A DNA stretch of 64,000 nucleotides from Calditrichales bacterium. GTDB taxonomy: Bacteria > Calditrichota > Calditrichia > Calditrichales > J004. Below are positions 28,299 to 38,815 of this stretch, in pieces (position 1 is the stretch's first letter; the number at the start of each line of letters is the position of its first letter). The DNA lies in assembly GCA_965267575.1 (NCBI GenBank), contig OZ254086.1:4512001-4576000 (forward strand). The letters are read 5' to 3'. Made by a program: the position numbers and the translations under genes. The notes beneath the pieces were generated by a model that saw nothing but the letters and a program-made list of their open reading frames with translations, was not told the origin of the DNA and ran no database searches.

Positions 28299-31200
28299 TC
28301 ACTCATTTGCGGTAGGCCGCTTTATTTTCTTGATGACTGAAACGGTGGTGCCTTGACCCGCTTCGGAATCCAAAATAAACCGCGCAGAAGCCTTTTCCGC
28401 CCTTGCCCGCATATTTTTTAAGCCATAGCCGCTGCTCCCGGACTTAACGTCAAAGCCCTTTCCGTCATCACTTAATGTCAGCCTCAGGTCTTCATCATCC
28501 AGTTCAAAAGAAAATGTCATAGATCCGGCGCCGGCATATTTTACAGCATTGTTAACAGCCTCCTTAAACAGCATAAGCAACGAGCGCCTGTCATCGGCAG
28601 CCAGCGGAATCTCCCTGAAAAGATCGGATACGCTGTCATATTTAAAATCGATGCCGGCGGCCGTGCACATGCCATTGGCGAAATCGCAAATCCGCAGCAG
28701 TGTGTCGTACAACGTGTCGTTGCCGGGGTCCAGCACCCAGATAAAATCGCGCATGCCCGAAGAGAGCCGGCGGGTATGGCTTTCGATTTGGCCGAGATAA
28801 TCGCCAAGAGTGTTATCATCCCCGGCATGGCGCCGCGCCAACTCCGTAAACAGGTTTATCTTGGTAATCAGGTTGCCCGCTTCATCATGGAAATCGGCGC
28901 TGCTTTTGCGGCGTACCAGCTCCCTTTCCTCCGTCCGCGCCCGCTCTATGCGCAAACGCTGTTCCTGGCGTCGTGTCAGCCTGCGTTCACGCATTTTAAC
29001 AAGTCCGCCAAATGCTGCGGCAAAACATAAAATGTAAAAACCGTAAGCCCACCTACTGCGCCAGGGCGGCGGTGCCACATCGATACGCAGACGCACTTCC
29101 CTGCTGCTCCAGATGCCATCATTGTTACTGCCCCGCACACGGAAAACATAGCTGCCCGGGTCGAGATTCGTGTACGTCGCCCGTCGTTGATCGGTCTCGA
29201 TCCATTCGTCGTCAAAACCTTCCAGCATATAGGCATGTCTGTTTTTATGCGGCTGCAAAAAGCCCAGCGCCGCAAACTCCAGCGTAAACGCATTCTCGCG
29301 ATAGCCTATAGCCAGACGTTTTTTTTCGATTAGCGTGCTGTCCAGGACAAAGCCATCCGGACCGCTGGTGCCAGCCGTAACGCGCTTTCCGCGAATATAT
29401 AATCCGGTTAGGGAGACCGCGGGCTCAAAGGAGTTGCCTGAAAGACTATCGGGATGGAAAACCGTAAGCCCGTTAATGCCGCCAAAATAGACATATCCCT
29501 GCTTATCCTGTAAGAAAGCATCCTGGTTGAATTCATTACTTTGCAGACCAACTTCTACGTTCCAGGAGCGTATCTCAGGCTGTTCGTCGTCAACCCTAAG
29601 TTGCGCGATGCCGCTGTTTGTGCTTATCCACAACCGGCCGCTGTCATCTTCAACGATGCCATAAACCACATTATTGGGCAGACCGTCGGTTTCGGTATAA
29701 TTTTTAAAGCGAATCTGCTCGTTGCCGGCGTTGTCTTTTTCGATTATCAGCCGGCTTAATCCACCCGCGGTACCCAGCCAGATGCTGCCATCACTAACTG
29801 CAACAAGGCATAGCACCATATCATGCACCAGCGACGCGGGATCGTCAGGATCGTTGATGAAGCGTTCAAAAGTGCCTTTGTCGCGGTCCATGCGGTTTAG
29901 TCCGCCACCCGCCGTACCAACCCAGAAGTTACCGTTGCTGTCTTCCAGCATGTCAAAAATATAAATATGGCTCAGCCCTTCAGGATCGTTTGGTCTGTGC
30001 GGAAAATGCCGGAAATCGTCCTGCACGGGGTCATACAGATTGAGACCAATGGCCCCGGCCCAAAGCCGCTGTTGACGATCTATGTAAACGCTATGAACGT
30101 TCTTTCCCGAAAACGAAGAACCCGGCACATCCGCGCCAAAACGATCGATCTTTTTAATGCCTTTCTGCGGCCGTTGCGGGTCATGAAAATGCAGCCGCAT
30201 AAGCCCGGCCCCGCGCGTACCTACCCAAAGCTGCCCTTTTTTGTCTTCAGCCAGGGAAAGAATATAATCATTGTGCAGAGCCGCGTTTTTACCATTGGCC
30301 AGGAAGCTTTCAAAAAGTCCTTTTCGCGGGTCGTACAGATTCAACCCGGAAGATGTGCCGATCCAGATATGGCCATAGCGTGATTGAATGAGCGGCAAGA
30401 CATTGTGCGCCGACAAACGGTTAGCCCCCTGATTGAAATGAGCAAAGCGCGGCCTGACATGATCGAAGCGGCTAAGACCGTTGCGCGTACCCAGCCATAA
30501 CAGGCCGTCATCGCTGCTGTAAATATCATGTACATAGCTATGGCTCAGCGAAGCGATATCATCCGGCTGATGCTGTATAAGGCGCGGTCCGTTGTGGCAC
30601 AAGCGGTAAGGATTATAGCTTTTGGCATCAGCAGCCGTTGGCATGATTACAACGCCCTGTTCCGTCGCAATCCAGATGCGGCCTGTCTCATCGGCGGTTA
30701 TATCAAGAATGGCGGCAGGGGCCTTGAGCAACTCGTTCACCTCGCTGACGGGGCGCGATTTATTTTCATTAAAGCGGTATTCAAACAAGCCGCTTTGTGA
30801 TGTCCCTATAAGCAAACGATTCTGGTCAATCTGGTACATACGGTTGATGATACCTTCCGGCACATTTCCCTTAAATAGACCGCTTTTGCTACTGCCATCC
30901 TTCGCGGCAAGGTAAATCTCAGCGCCTGTAAGCAATAGCAATTTTTCCTGCCCGGCTTTTTTTGTGATTTGCAGATAGTTGAAGTTTTCTTCTTCCGGCG
31001 GGAAAAAAGTGTACCGGCCGGAATCCGGCAAAAAGCGGAAATAACCATGATCGGTCCCGAGCCACAAAACGCCTTTGGGGTATTCACAAATATCACGAAT
31101 TGAGTTGCTGTAAGAGGGATGGCTGCCGGGGCTGGTGAAGCTGTAGCGTCGGAAGCGATCTGTGGCCCTGTCATACAGATTCAGACCACCACCAAAAGTG

Positions 31201-31496
31201 CCAAACCATAAACGGCCCCGGCTGTCTTCAAAAACCTTCCAGATCCAATTATTGGAGAGGGAAGTGGTGTCGGGCTGGCGGTTTTTATAGACGGTAAAGC
31301 CGTATCCGTCGTAACGGTTTAAGCCATCCTGTGTGCCTATCCACAAAAAACCGCGACTATCTTTAAAGATCGCATTTACGCTGCTTTGGGAAAGACCGTC
31401 ATCCACGGTGAACCGTTCAAAACGCAGGTCGCGCTGAGCCGCTGTCGTGCAAACAGAAAGGAGTATAATAAATAGTGATACAATAAAGGTCTTCAA
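28299..31496 (-). CDS. Sensor histidine kinase with beta-propeller (Reg_prop) and Y_Y_Y domains
   Basis: Repeated DSRGFLWIGT-type blades, YTNLDPGSYVFRV, TM, DFHDEAG H-box, KEAVNNAVKY, DDGKGF and GLKNM. Confidence 0.93.
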   Translation of the reverse strand: MKTFIVSLFIILLSVCTTAAQRDLRFERFTVDDGLSQSSVNAIFKDSRGFLWIGTQDGLNRYDGYGFTVYKNRQPDTTSLSNNWIWKVFEDSRGRLWFGTFGGGLNLYDRATDRFRRYSFTSPGSHPSYSNSIRDICEYPKGVLWLGTDHGYFRFLPDSGRYTFFPPEEENFNYLQITKKAGQEKLLLLTGAEIYLAAKDGSSKSGLFKGNVPEGIINRMYQIDQNRLLIGTSQSGLFEYRFNENKSRPVSEVNELLKAPAAILDITADETGRIWIATEQGVVIMPTAADAKSYNPYRLCHNGPRLIQHQPDDIASLSHSYVHDIYSSDDGLLWLGTRNGLSRFDHVRPRFAHFNQGANRLSAHNVLPLIQSRYGHIWIGTSSGLNLYDPRKGLFESFLANGKNAALHNDYILSLAEDKKGQLWVGTRGAGLMRLHFHDPQRPQKGIKKIDRFGADVPGSSFSGKNVHSVYIDRQQRLWAGAIGLNLYDPVQDDFRHFPHRPNDPEGLSHIYIFDMLEDSNGNFWVGTAGGGLNRMDRDKGTFERFINDPDDPASLVHDMVLCLVAVSDGSIWLGTAGGLSRLIIEKDNAGNEQIRFKNYTETDGLPNNVVYGIVEDDSGRLWISTNSGIAQLRVDDEQPEIRSWNVEVGLQSNEFNQDAFLQDKQGYVYFGGINGLTVFHPDSLSGNSFEPAVSLTGLYIRGKRVTAGTSGPDGFVLDSTLIEKKRLAIGYRENAFTLEFAALGFLQPHKNRHAYMLEGFDDEWIETDQRRATYTNLDPGSYVFRVRGSNNDGIWSSREVRLRIDVAPPPWRSRWAYGFYILCFAAAFGGLVKMRERRLTRRQEQRLRIERARTEERELVRRKSSADFHDEAGNLITKINLFTELARRHAGDDNTLGDYLGQIESHTRRLSSGMRDFIWVLDPGNDTLYDTLLRICDFANGMCTAAGIDFKYDSVSDLFREIPLAADDRRSLLMLFKEAVNNAVKYAGAGSMTFSFELDDEDLRLTLSDDGKGFDVKSGSSGYGLKNMRARAEKASARFILDSEAGQGTTVSVIKKIKRPTANE

Positions 31497-31573
31497 CGGG
31501 CGTACCTCTCCTGACAGGTCTAAAAGAGAACGCTAAAAATCGTTATTCAGGCCTTAATTTTCAAATGCTTTGG

Positions 31574-31607
31574 AAAAAAAACAGGTGCCGTGCTTAGACG
31601 GCACCTG
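31574..31607 (-). terminator. Rho-independent terminator after the RRM gene
   Basis: CAGGTGCCGT / ACGGCACCTG stem with an A-run (T-run on the minus strand). Confidence 0.85.
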
Positions 31608-31620
31608 AAGTCAGCATATT

Positions 31621-31893
31621 TTAGTAGCGGGAACTGCGACGCGGTCTTTCTTCGCGCGGGCGTGCCTCATTTACTTTGATGCTGCGGCCGTTCACATCGG
31701 TGCCGTTTAAAGCTTCGATAGCGGCATTGCCCTCATCATCGTTCGGCATTTCCACAAAACCAAAACCTTTGGACTGTCCTGTGAACTTATCCATGATTAC
31801 GTTAACCCTGGATACTTCACCATGTGCCGCGAACAAATCCTTCAGTTCATCATCAGAAAGGTTGTACGGCAGATTACCACAATAGATATTCAT
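31621..31893 (-). CDS. RRM RNA-binding protein
   Basis: RNP2 IYCGNL, RNP1 KGFGFVEM and VNEARPR. Confidence 0.95.
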   Translation of the reverse strand: MNIYCGNLPYNLSDDELKDLFAAHGEVSRVNVIMDKFTGQSKGFGFVEMPNDDEGNAAIEALNGTDVNGRSIKVNEARPREERPRRSSRY

Positions 31894-32168
31894 ACAATCT
31901 ACTCACTCTACAGACTTGAAAAACAAGCACCGGCATCTAACCAAGTCTACAAATTACACACCGGTGTGAAACCAACCACTGGTTTCCTGAACAGGATTTT
32001 GTCCCGTTCTTTAAAGACAGCGTTAAGCATACGACTTTTTTAAGGCACACTCAAGTATTATTATAAAAATCGTAAAAAAGTAAATAAAATTCTTATAGCA
32101 TTTATTGCTTCACATTGAATTTTTATATTTGATTTGATCTAACTTAATCAAGCGAGGATGACTTTACC

Positions 32169-32606
32169 ATGACAAAATATAATCTTGCTATTTTGACACT
32201 GGCCTTAATGGCTGTTGCCTGTAATACGCAAATGCGAAATCAAGCAGAACAAAATCAGTCAGAACAATATGTAGGATTTGAAAACTTCGACTTTTACGGA
32301 GATTCTACTTATATAAGCCAAGCTATGCAGTTTGATAAAGTCGATGTAAAACCGGAAATCATAGAGAAGGCATTACCTGGATATCCGGATGCTGCAAGAA
32401 GGGCTGGACGACAAGGAATTGTAGTTCTACGAACCGTAATTGACGAGCAAGGCAAAGTTATTTTTGCAGGGATAGCCAAACCTGTTCTTGGCTTAAATGA
32501 TGTCTCTTTGGAAGCTATAATAAAATCTACATTTAAGCCGGCTATACATAAGGGCAAGCCTGTAAAAGTCATTTGGGATATTCCATACGATTTCAAACTC
32601 TTTTAA
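32169..32606 (+). CDS. Lipoprotein with TonB C-terminal domain
   Basis: Lipobox MAVAC and YPDAARRAGRQGIVVLRTVIDEQG...FKPAIHKGKPV. Confidence 0.8.
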   Translation: MTKYNLAILTLALMAVACNTQMRNQAEQNQSEQYVGFENFDFYGDSTYISQAMQFDKVDVKPEIIEKALPGYPDAARRAGRQGIVVLRTVIDEQGKVIFAGIAKPVLGLNDVSLEAIIKSTFKPAIHKGKPVKVIWDIPYDFKLF

Positions 32607-32687
32607 TATACTTTGCTCTATAGTTGCCGACGCAAAACAATTCCCCTAAAATAGCACTATTCAAAACAGCTAAGGGAGGACAATGCC

Positions 32688-33086
32688 ATGAGCAACCGCA
32701 TCGTTCATTTTGAGATACATGCCGCCGATCCCAAAAGGGCTATGGGTTTTTACAGCGCTGTTTTCGGCTGGGAATTCCCTGAGTGGATGAAAGAGCCGCC
32801 CTACTGGGGCGCCATGACCGCGCCGGAAGGCAGCAATGAGACCGGCATCAACGGGGGATTGATGGTGCGACAAGGCGAGCCGCCGAAGGACGGGCAGCCC
32901 GTAAACGCCTATGTCTGCACGGTGCAGGTCGAGGATTACGACACCACCCACGACAAAATCATCAATGCCGGCGGGAAGGTTGCCCTGCCCAAAATGGCAA
33001 TACCCGGCATGGCCTGGCAAGGCTATTACAAAGACACCGAAGGCAACATTTTCGGTATACACCAGCCGGACCCGAACGCAAAATAA
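32688..33086 (+). CDS. VOC (glyoxalase/bleomycin resistance) family protein
   Basis: IVHFEI...FYSAVFGW, GINGGL and DTEGNIFGI. Confidence 0.92.
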   Translation: MSNRIVHFEIHAADPKRAMGFYSAVFGWEFPEWMKEPPYWGAMTAPEGSNETGINGGLMVRQGEPPKDGQPVNAYVCTVQVEDYDTTHDKIINAGGKVALPKMAIPGMAWQGYYKDTEGNIFGIHQPDPNAK

Positions 33087-33248
33087 TAATTCGGCATCGC
33101 GGGCGTTGCGGCGTATGTGGCGCCCTTTTTTTACTCTAAAGATGGCCGGTACCCGCCCTCTCCCCTTCAAATAAAAAAGATAAAATAGTTCTATTTACCC
33201 GCCTCACAAAGAATGTAAATTCCGCCTTTCACACCTCGGGACAGGCGT

Positions 33249-35048
33249 ATGAACTACATTGATTATATTATCATCTTCTGTTATCTCGGCGGCATGATTG
33301 TCATTGGCTTTATGCTGCAAAAGCGGGCGTCGGCCAACATAGACGCCTATTTTCTTGGTAACCGTAAAATACCATGGTGGGCGCTGGCTTCATCAGGGAT
33401 GGCATCCAACCTCGATGTAAGCGGCACAATGATCAACACGGCTTTTATTTTTGCGCTGGGAGCCAGCGGTTTCTTCGTGGAATTGCGCGGGGGCGTTACC
33501 CTGATCATGGCATTCCTGATGATTTTCCAGGGTAAGTGGAACCGGCGCGCGCTGGTCATGACCCTGGCCGAGTGGATGCATTTTCGATTTGGCAAAGACA
33601 AACAGGGCGACGCCGCCCGGCTGATTGCCGCCATTTCAATCATAATCGTCACCATCGCGATGATCACTTATTTTGCCATCGGCTCCGGCAAATTCATCGA
33701 CGAGTTCCTGGGTATCCCGGCCTTCTGGGGCCTGCCGTCGGAATTCTGGGCAGCAACGCTGATGATCTTTCTGGCTATGATCTACACGGTGGCCAGCGGC
33801 TTGTACGGCGTTGTTTGGACTGATGTTTTCCAGGCCACGCTGATCTTCATCGCCATAGCCTATATCTGCGTCACCGCCTTCACACAAATCACGCTGCCGG
33901 AGAGTTTTAACGTATCGATGCCGCTTAAGGACGGCGGCTTTATGACTGTGCCGACGACCCGTGAAGAATGGACCAGCGTTATCCCGTCGTGGACGCTGGA
34001 CATTAACCCGGCCTCCGCTTACTCCATTTACAATATGTTCGGGATCGCTATCCTTTTCTACCTGATCAAAGTCACCATTGAGGGCAGCGGCGGTACCAGC
34101 CAGTATATGATCCAGCGTTTTTTCGCGTCTCGCAGCGACCGGGAATCGGGTCTGCTTTCTTTGCTGTGGACTTTCCTGCTCTCTTTCCGCTGGCCCTTTA
34201 TCGCTGCTATTGCCATTATGGGTATCGCCCTCGGCAACATAGAAGATCCGGAAAGAACGCTGCCCGCCGTGATCAACCAGTTCGCGCCCATGGGGATAAA
34301 AGGGCTGCTTGTGGCCGGCCTGATGGCAGCGGCCATGTCAACATTCGATTCCACCGTAAACGCCGGCGCGGCCTACTGGGTAAAGGATATCTACCAGACA
34401 TACATCAATCCCAAAGCGACGGCGAAGCAGCTTATCACGCACGGCCGATGGGCTTCGGTTTTAATTGTGGCGGCGGGGCTAGGCTTTATGCTGCTGATCG
34501 AAAACATCAATGATATTTGGGGTTGGATTACTTCCAGCCTTGGCGCGGGTTTGCTGATCCCCACCCTTGCCCGCTGGTACTGGTGGCGCATGAATGGCAG
34601 CGGCTTTGCGGCAGGAACGGTAGCCGGTATGCTGGCTGCTGTTCTGCAAAAAATATTTCTGCCCGGCCTGGAAGAGTATTTCGCGTTTACGATAGCGACT
34701 ATCTGCTCGCTGGCAGGCATGGTCATTGGTACCTACCTGGCCAAACCCACGGATGAAAATGTGCTGCTGGAGTTTTATAAAAGAACGCGGCCGTTCGGAT
34801 GGTGGGGACCCGTGCGCAAAAAGATACCCGGCAGCGTTTTACTGCAGATAAACAGCGAAAACCGCCGCGACATTATCTCGACCTTTTTTGCCGTTCCCTG
34901 GCAGGTGGTACTCTTCCTGACCGGTATGATGATAATTTTTAAGCGCTGGGATGAGTTTGGCTGGCTCCTACTGTTATTGATCCTGCTCTCCGCCGCCCTT
35001 TACTTCAACTGGTTCAGGCACCTGTCCAAAGAAGTGAAGGTCGATTAG
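33249..35048 (+). CDS. Sodium:solute symporter family protein
   Basis: YFLGNRKIPWW, GVVWTD, QRFFA and AAAMSTFDS; many TMs. Confidence 0.92.
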   Translation: MNYIDYIIIFCYLGGMIVIGFMLQKRASANIDAYFLGNRKIPWWALASSGMASNLDVSGTMINTAFIFALGASGFFVELRGGVTLIMAFLMIFQGKWNRRALVMTLAEWMHFRFGKDKQGDAARLIAAISIIIVTIAMITYFAIGSGKFIDEFLGIPAFWGLPSEFWAATLMIFLAMIYTVASGLYGVVWTDVFQATLIFIAIAYICVTAFTQITLPESFNVSMPLKDGGFMTVPTTREEWTSVIPSWTLDINPASAYSIYNMFGIAILFYLIKVTIEGSGGTSQYMIQRFFASRSDRESGLLSLLWTFLLSFRWPFIAAIAIMGIALGNIEDPERTLPAVINQFAPMGIKGLLVAGLMAAAMSTFDSTVNAGAAYWVKDIYQTYINPKATAKQLITHGRWASVLIVAAGLGFMLLIENINDIWGWITSSLGAGLLIPTLARWYWWRMNGSGFAAGTVAGMLAAVLQKIFLPGLEEYFAFTIATICSLAGMVIGTYLAKPTDENVLLEFYKRTRPFGWWGPVRKKIPGSVLLQINSENRRDIISTFFAVPWQVVLFLTGMMIIFKRWDEFGWLLLLLILLSAALYFNWFRHLSKEVKVD

Positions 35049-36364
35049 GCGCCGCGCTTTCGCCAGAACAGGTAGGCCGGCAGCCCCAGCAGGATGATCA
35101 GCAGGCCCAGCAAAACATCGCCCGGTGTTTCAATAAGCGTGTTGAGCACCAGCAATGCCGACGCGGCGATAAAAACAATCGGCACCAGCGGATAACCCCA
35201 GGTGCGGTAAGGACGCGGCGCATCCGGCCATTTTTTGCGCAGCACAATAACGGCGCCGGCGGTCATGGCGTAAAAAATCCAGGCGGCAAAGATCACGTAG
35301 GTGAAAAGCTGCTCAAAGGTGCCGGTTAGCGTCAGCAGCGCCGACCAGATGCCCTGCACGATGATTGAGATGTGCGGCGTTTTGTAGCGCGAGTGGATTT
35401 CGCCGAGCTTTGCAAAAAAGACTTTGTCGCGGGCCATGGCGTAGGTGATGCGCGGCCCGGAAAGGATCATGCCGTTTACCGTGCCAAAAGTTGAAATAAG
35501 CACAGCACCGGCAATAAGCGCCGTACCGATGGGCCCCAGGATAGCGTTGGCCGTATCGGCGGCAACAAGCCGTGAACCGGCCATAACCGGCAGCGGCAGC
35601 ACATAGCTGTAAGCCAGCGTGGCCAGGGTGTAAACGGCCAGAACAACGGCCATGCCCAAAAATAAGGCGCGCGGAATCTTACGTTGCGGATCGCGCACTT
35701 CCGCGGCCACATAGGTTACATTGTTCCAGCCGTCATACGCCCACAGCGCGGCTACCATGGCCGTGCCGAAGGCGCCAAGCAAAGTAAACCTGAATTCTGC
35801 CGGGAAAAGCGGTTCAAACGAACTCTGGCTGCGATCGGCCAGCAGAAAGGCAAGCAGGATCAGCGCCACAAGAGCAGCCACTTTAAGAAAGGTGAAAACA
35901 TTTTGAACCATGGCGCCGGCCTTTACGCCAAGGTAGTTGACGATCGTCAGCAAGGCGATACAGGCGATGGCCACCAGCGTCACGCCGCTTTCCGCCAGTG
36001 GAAAGAAATAGCCCAGGTAGAGCGCAAAAGCCACGGCCACGGCGGCGATCGAGCCCGCTTTTATGACCAGAAACTCCGTCCAGCCAAAAAGAAAGGCCCA
36101 CAATTTGCCATAGGCTTCGCGCAGGTAAGCGTACTGCCCGCCGGCATGCGGGATGATGCTGCCCAACTCGGCGTAGGAAAGCGCGCCAAACAACGACAAC
36201 ACACCGGCCAGCAGCCAGACGGCGATCACCAGCCCGAAGCTGCCTACTTCCCGGGCAATATCGGACGGAACCAGGAAAATACCCGAGCCAACCACGGAAC
36301 CAACCAGGATCATCGTGGCGTCCATCAGGTTCAGCGAGCGGCTTGGTTTACTCTGATCGTTCAT
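35045..36364 (-). CDS. APC-family amino acid permease
   Basis: GSVVGSGIF, YAELG...GGQYAYL, WAYDGW, EVRDPQR and PRITYAMARD. Confidence 0.93.
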   Translation of the reverse strand: MNDQSKPSRSLNLMDATMILVGSVVGSGIFLVPSDIAREVGSFGLVIAVWLLAGVLSLFGALSYAELGSIIPHAGGQYAYLREAYGKLWAFLFGWTEFLVIKAGSIAAVAVAFALYLGYFFPLAESGVTLVAIACIALLTIVNYLGVKAGAMVQNVFTFLKVAALVALILLAFLLADRSQSSFEPLFPAEFRFTLLGAFGTAMVAALWAYDGWNNVTYVAAEVRDPQRKIPRALFLGMAVVLAVYTLATLAYSYVLPLPVMAGSRLVAADTANAILGPIGTALIAGAVLISTFGTVNGMILSGPRITYAMARDKVFFAKLGEIHSRYKTPHISIIVQGIWSALLTLTGTFEQLFTYVIFAAWIFYAMTAGAVIVLRKKWPDAPRPYRTWGYPLVPIVFIAASALLVLNTLIETPGDVLLGLLIILLGLPAYLFWRKRGA

Positions 36365-36383
36365 AGCTTTTGTCCGCAAGGTT

Positions 36384-37019
36384 TTATGGTGTACCGAGTT
36401 TTCGTCCTGCCACATAGGCTCGCCCGATCTCAAAAACAGCAGGCAGAAGAGAAATAATTATAATCGCCATTATGGCAATCGAAAAATTATTTTTAATGAG
36501 TGGTAAATGCCCGAAAAGCCTCCCCGCCTGCACAAACACACAAACCCAGACGATGGCGCCGCTTACGTTGAAAAACAGGAAACGGCCGTAATCCATCCGC
36601 GCGATGCCGGCTACAAAAGGCGCAAACGTACGCATCAGCGGGATGAACCGTGCCAGCACAATAGTCTTGCCACCGTGCCGCTCATAAAAGTGTTGTGCCG
36701 CCAGCAAATGCTTCTGCTTTATAAAACGGCTGTTCAAGCTATAGGCCCTGTGTCCCAGCACATATCCGATATGATAGTTTACGCTGTCTCCCAGTATGGC
36801 GGCGGCGCACAAAAGCAGCATAAGCAGCCAGTGATCGAGCAGGCCACCGGCGCTGAGCATGCCGGCCGCAAACAGCAACGAATCGCCCGGCAAAAACGGC
36901 GTTACCACGAGCCCGGTTTCGCAAAAAACAATCGCGAAAAGGATCGGGTAAGTCCACAAACCGTATGCGTTGAGCAGGTTATGCAAATGCACATCTAAAT
37001 GAATAAAATATTCCAGCAT
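36384..37019 (-). CDS. dedA: DedA family protein
   Basis: ETGLVVTPFLPGDSLLF and ARFIPLMRTFAPFVAG. Confidence 0.93.
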   Translation of the reverse strand: MLEYFIHLDVHLHNLLNAYGLWTYPILFAIVFCETGLVVTPFLPGDSLLFAAGMLSAGGLLDHWLLMLLLCAAAILGDSVNYHIGYVLGHRAYSLNSRFIKQKHLLAAQHFYERHGGKTIVLARFIPLMRTFAPFVAGIARMDYGRFLFFNVSGAIVWVCVFVQAGRLFGHLPLIKNNFSIAIMAIIIISLLPAVFEIGRAYVAGRKLGTP

Positions 37020-37054
37020 ATACTTAGCTTTTTCTCCCTAGCGCCACAGGCGTA

Positions 37055-37210
37055 TTATGTTGTTGCGTTAAAATTGTTAGGGTTATTTTTTTGATTGTCT
37101 TTTTTCCTGCCGCCCAGGATACGCCCAAAACAAAAAATGTTCAGCGATATGATCGCGCTCCAGGCAACGACAACAAAAATCCAACCGGTTAAAGTCAGTC
37201 CGTTTTCCAT
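37055..37210 (-). CDS. Small single-TM protein (51 aa), putative small subunit of the upstream NSS transporter (MetS-like)
   Basis: Manually translated MENGLTLTGWIFVVVAWSAIISLNIFCFGRILGGRKK...; SD AAAGGA; starts 12 nt after the NSS stop. Not in the ORF track. Confidence 0.7.
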   Translation of the reverse strand: MENGLTLTGWIFVVVAWSAIISLNIFCFGRILGGRKKDNQKNNPNNFNATT

Positions 37211-37222
37211 AGTCTAATCCTT

Positions 37223-38815
37223 TCAGTCTTCGCGACTTATATGATCGCGCATGGTGCGGTTACGGTAAGCCCGGATCAAAAGCAGCAGGGCCGTAAGCGT
37301 CAACAGCGCCATCATGGCCCGGGCGCCCCACAGGTAGGGGATATCTTCGCTGCTCTTATCCGCCATCAGCAGAATGGGGATGCCGTCCTGTATGCCCCAG
37401 AACAGCAGTAAGCCGATGCAGAAAACCGGGGTGACATATTTAATAATAAACCTGAAAATCTTCGGTACGGCGATATCTGCCCCGGCGTTGATCTCCTGCC
37501 AGCCGCGTTTCATGCCAAAGACCCAGGCAAACAGCACCACTTCGATAAGCGCAAAAACCACCAGCCCAAAAGTGCCGGCCCAGAAATCCATTTCATCAAG
37601 GAAGCCGTGTTTTAAGAACAGTACAACGGGCAGGCCGCACAAAAGCAGGACGGTTCCGATCCACCCGGCAGCCTGGCGGCGGGTCAGTTTCATCTGATCT
37701 TGCAAAAAAGCCATGGCCGGGGAGCACAGCGCCACGGACGAGGTAATGCCGGCAAAGAACAGCAGCAGAAACCAGAGCATACCGAAAAGCCCGCCCAGCG
37801 GCATCTGCTGGAAAATTACGGGCATGGCAATAAAGCCCAGGTCAAACGCCCCGCCCTGCGCAATTACCTGCGTTTGGGCAATGCCAAAAAAGGCAACGGC
37901 AATAGGAATGGCGATACTGGCGCCCAGGATAACCTCGGCAAATTCATTGGTCATTGAAGTAGTCAGGCCGGTCAGAGCAATATCATCTTTCATTTTAAGG
38001 TAGCTGGCATAGGTGAGGATGCTGCCCGTGCCCACGCTAAGAGTAAAGAAAATCTGCCCTGCTGCCGCCAGCCATGTTTTGGCCTCGCCAATGGCGCTGA
38101 AATCGGGATTCCATAGCCAGGCAAAACCGTTATAGACCGTATTTTCGGGCTGAGCCGGGTCAGGAACGGGTAAGGTCCACACACGCACAACCAGCACGAT
38201 GGCAAAGACAAACAGCAGCGGCAGGGCGATTTTAGCCAGTTTTTCAATGCCGCCGGAGATACCGCGCGACAGCACATAAACATTCAGCGCAACTGTAATG
38301 AGAAAGAACGTCAGTGCTGTTGAAAGTCCCGAAAAATAGCTGTTGCCGGTTTTTCCCTGGTAGCCTCCAAGGAAATCACGCATCTGGTCAAACTGCATCA
38401 GGCCGCCATAATGCCCGCTCGCCGAAAAAACGCTGTAAGCCAATGTCCAGGATTCTATGTAGGTGTAGTAAATGGCAAAGGCCAGCGGAATGGAGATACC
38501 GAGCACTCCCAGAATGTTGGCTATGCGTGCGGACTTAAGAGACCTTGTAAGGGTTCCTAGAGCGCCTACCGAGGAACCAAAACCAAACCTTCCACCACGG
38601 CGGCCGATGGTCCATTCCACCCACATCAGCGGAATACCCAGCAACAGCAAGGCGATAAAATAAGGGATCATGAAAGCGCCGCCGCCGTTTTCGGCCGCCT
38701 TTACCGGGAAGCGTAGAAAATTGCCCAGCCCAATGGCGTTTCCGGCCATGGCCAAAATGAGGCCGATGCGTGTGGCCCACAATTCGCGTGATCTGCTTTT
38801 TACAGACTTATCCAT
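37223..38815 (-). CDS. Sodium-dependent transporter, NSS/SNF family
   Basis: GNAIGLGNFLRFP, GGGAFMIPY, AAGQIFFTLS and FFAGITSS. Confidence 0.95.
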   Translation of the reverse strand: MDKSVKSRSRELWATRIGLILAMAGNAIGLGNFLRFPVKAAENGGGAFMIPYFIALLLLGIPLMWVEWTIGRRGGRFGFGSSVGALGTLTRSLKSARIANILGVLGISIPLAFAIYYTYIESWTLAYSVFSASGHYGGLMQFDQMRDFLGGYQGKTGNSYFSGLSTALTFFLITVALNVYVLSRGISGGIEKLAKIALPLLFVFAIVLVVRVWTLPVPDPAQPENTVYNGFAWLWNPDFSAIGEAKTWLAAAGQIFFTLSVGTGSILTYASYLKMKDDIALTGLTTSMTNEFAEVILGASIAIPIAVAFFGIAQTQVIAQGGAFDLGFIAMPVIFQQMPLGGLFGMLWFLLLFFAGITSSVALCSPAMAFLQDQMKLTRRQAAGWIGTVLLLCGLPVVLFLKHGFLDEMDFWAGTFGLVVFALIEVVLFAWVFGMKRGWQEINAGADIAVPKIFRFIIKYVTPVFCIGLLLFWGIQDGIPILLMADKSSEDIPYLWGARAMMALLTLTALLLLIRAYRNRTMRDHISRED

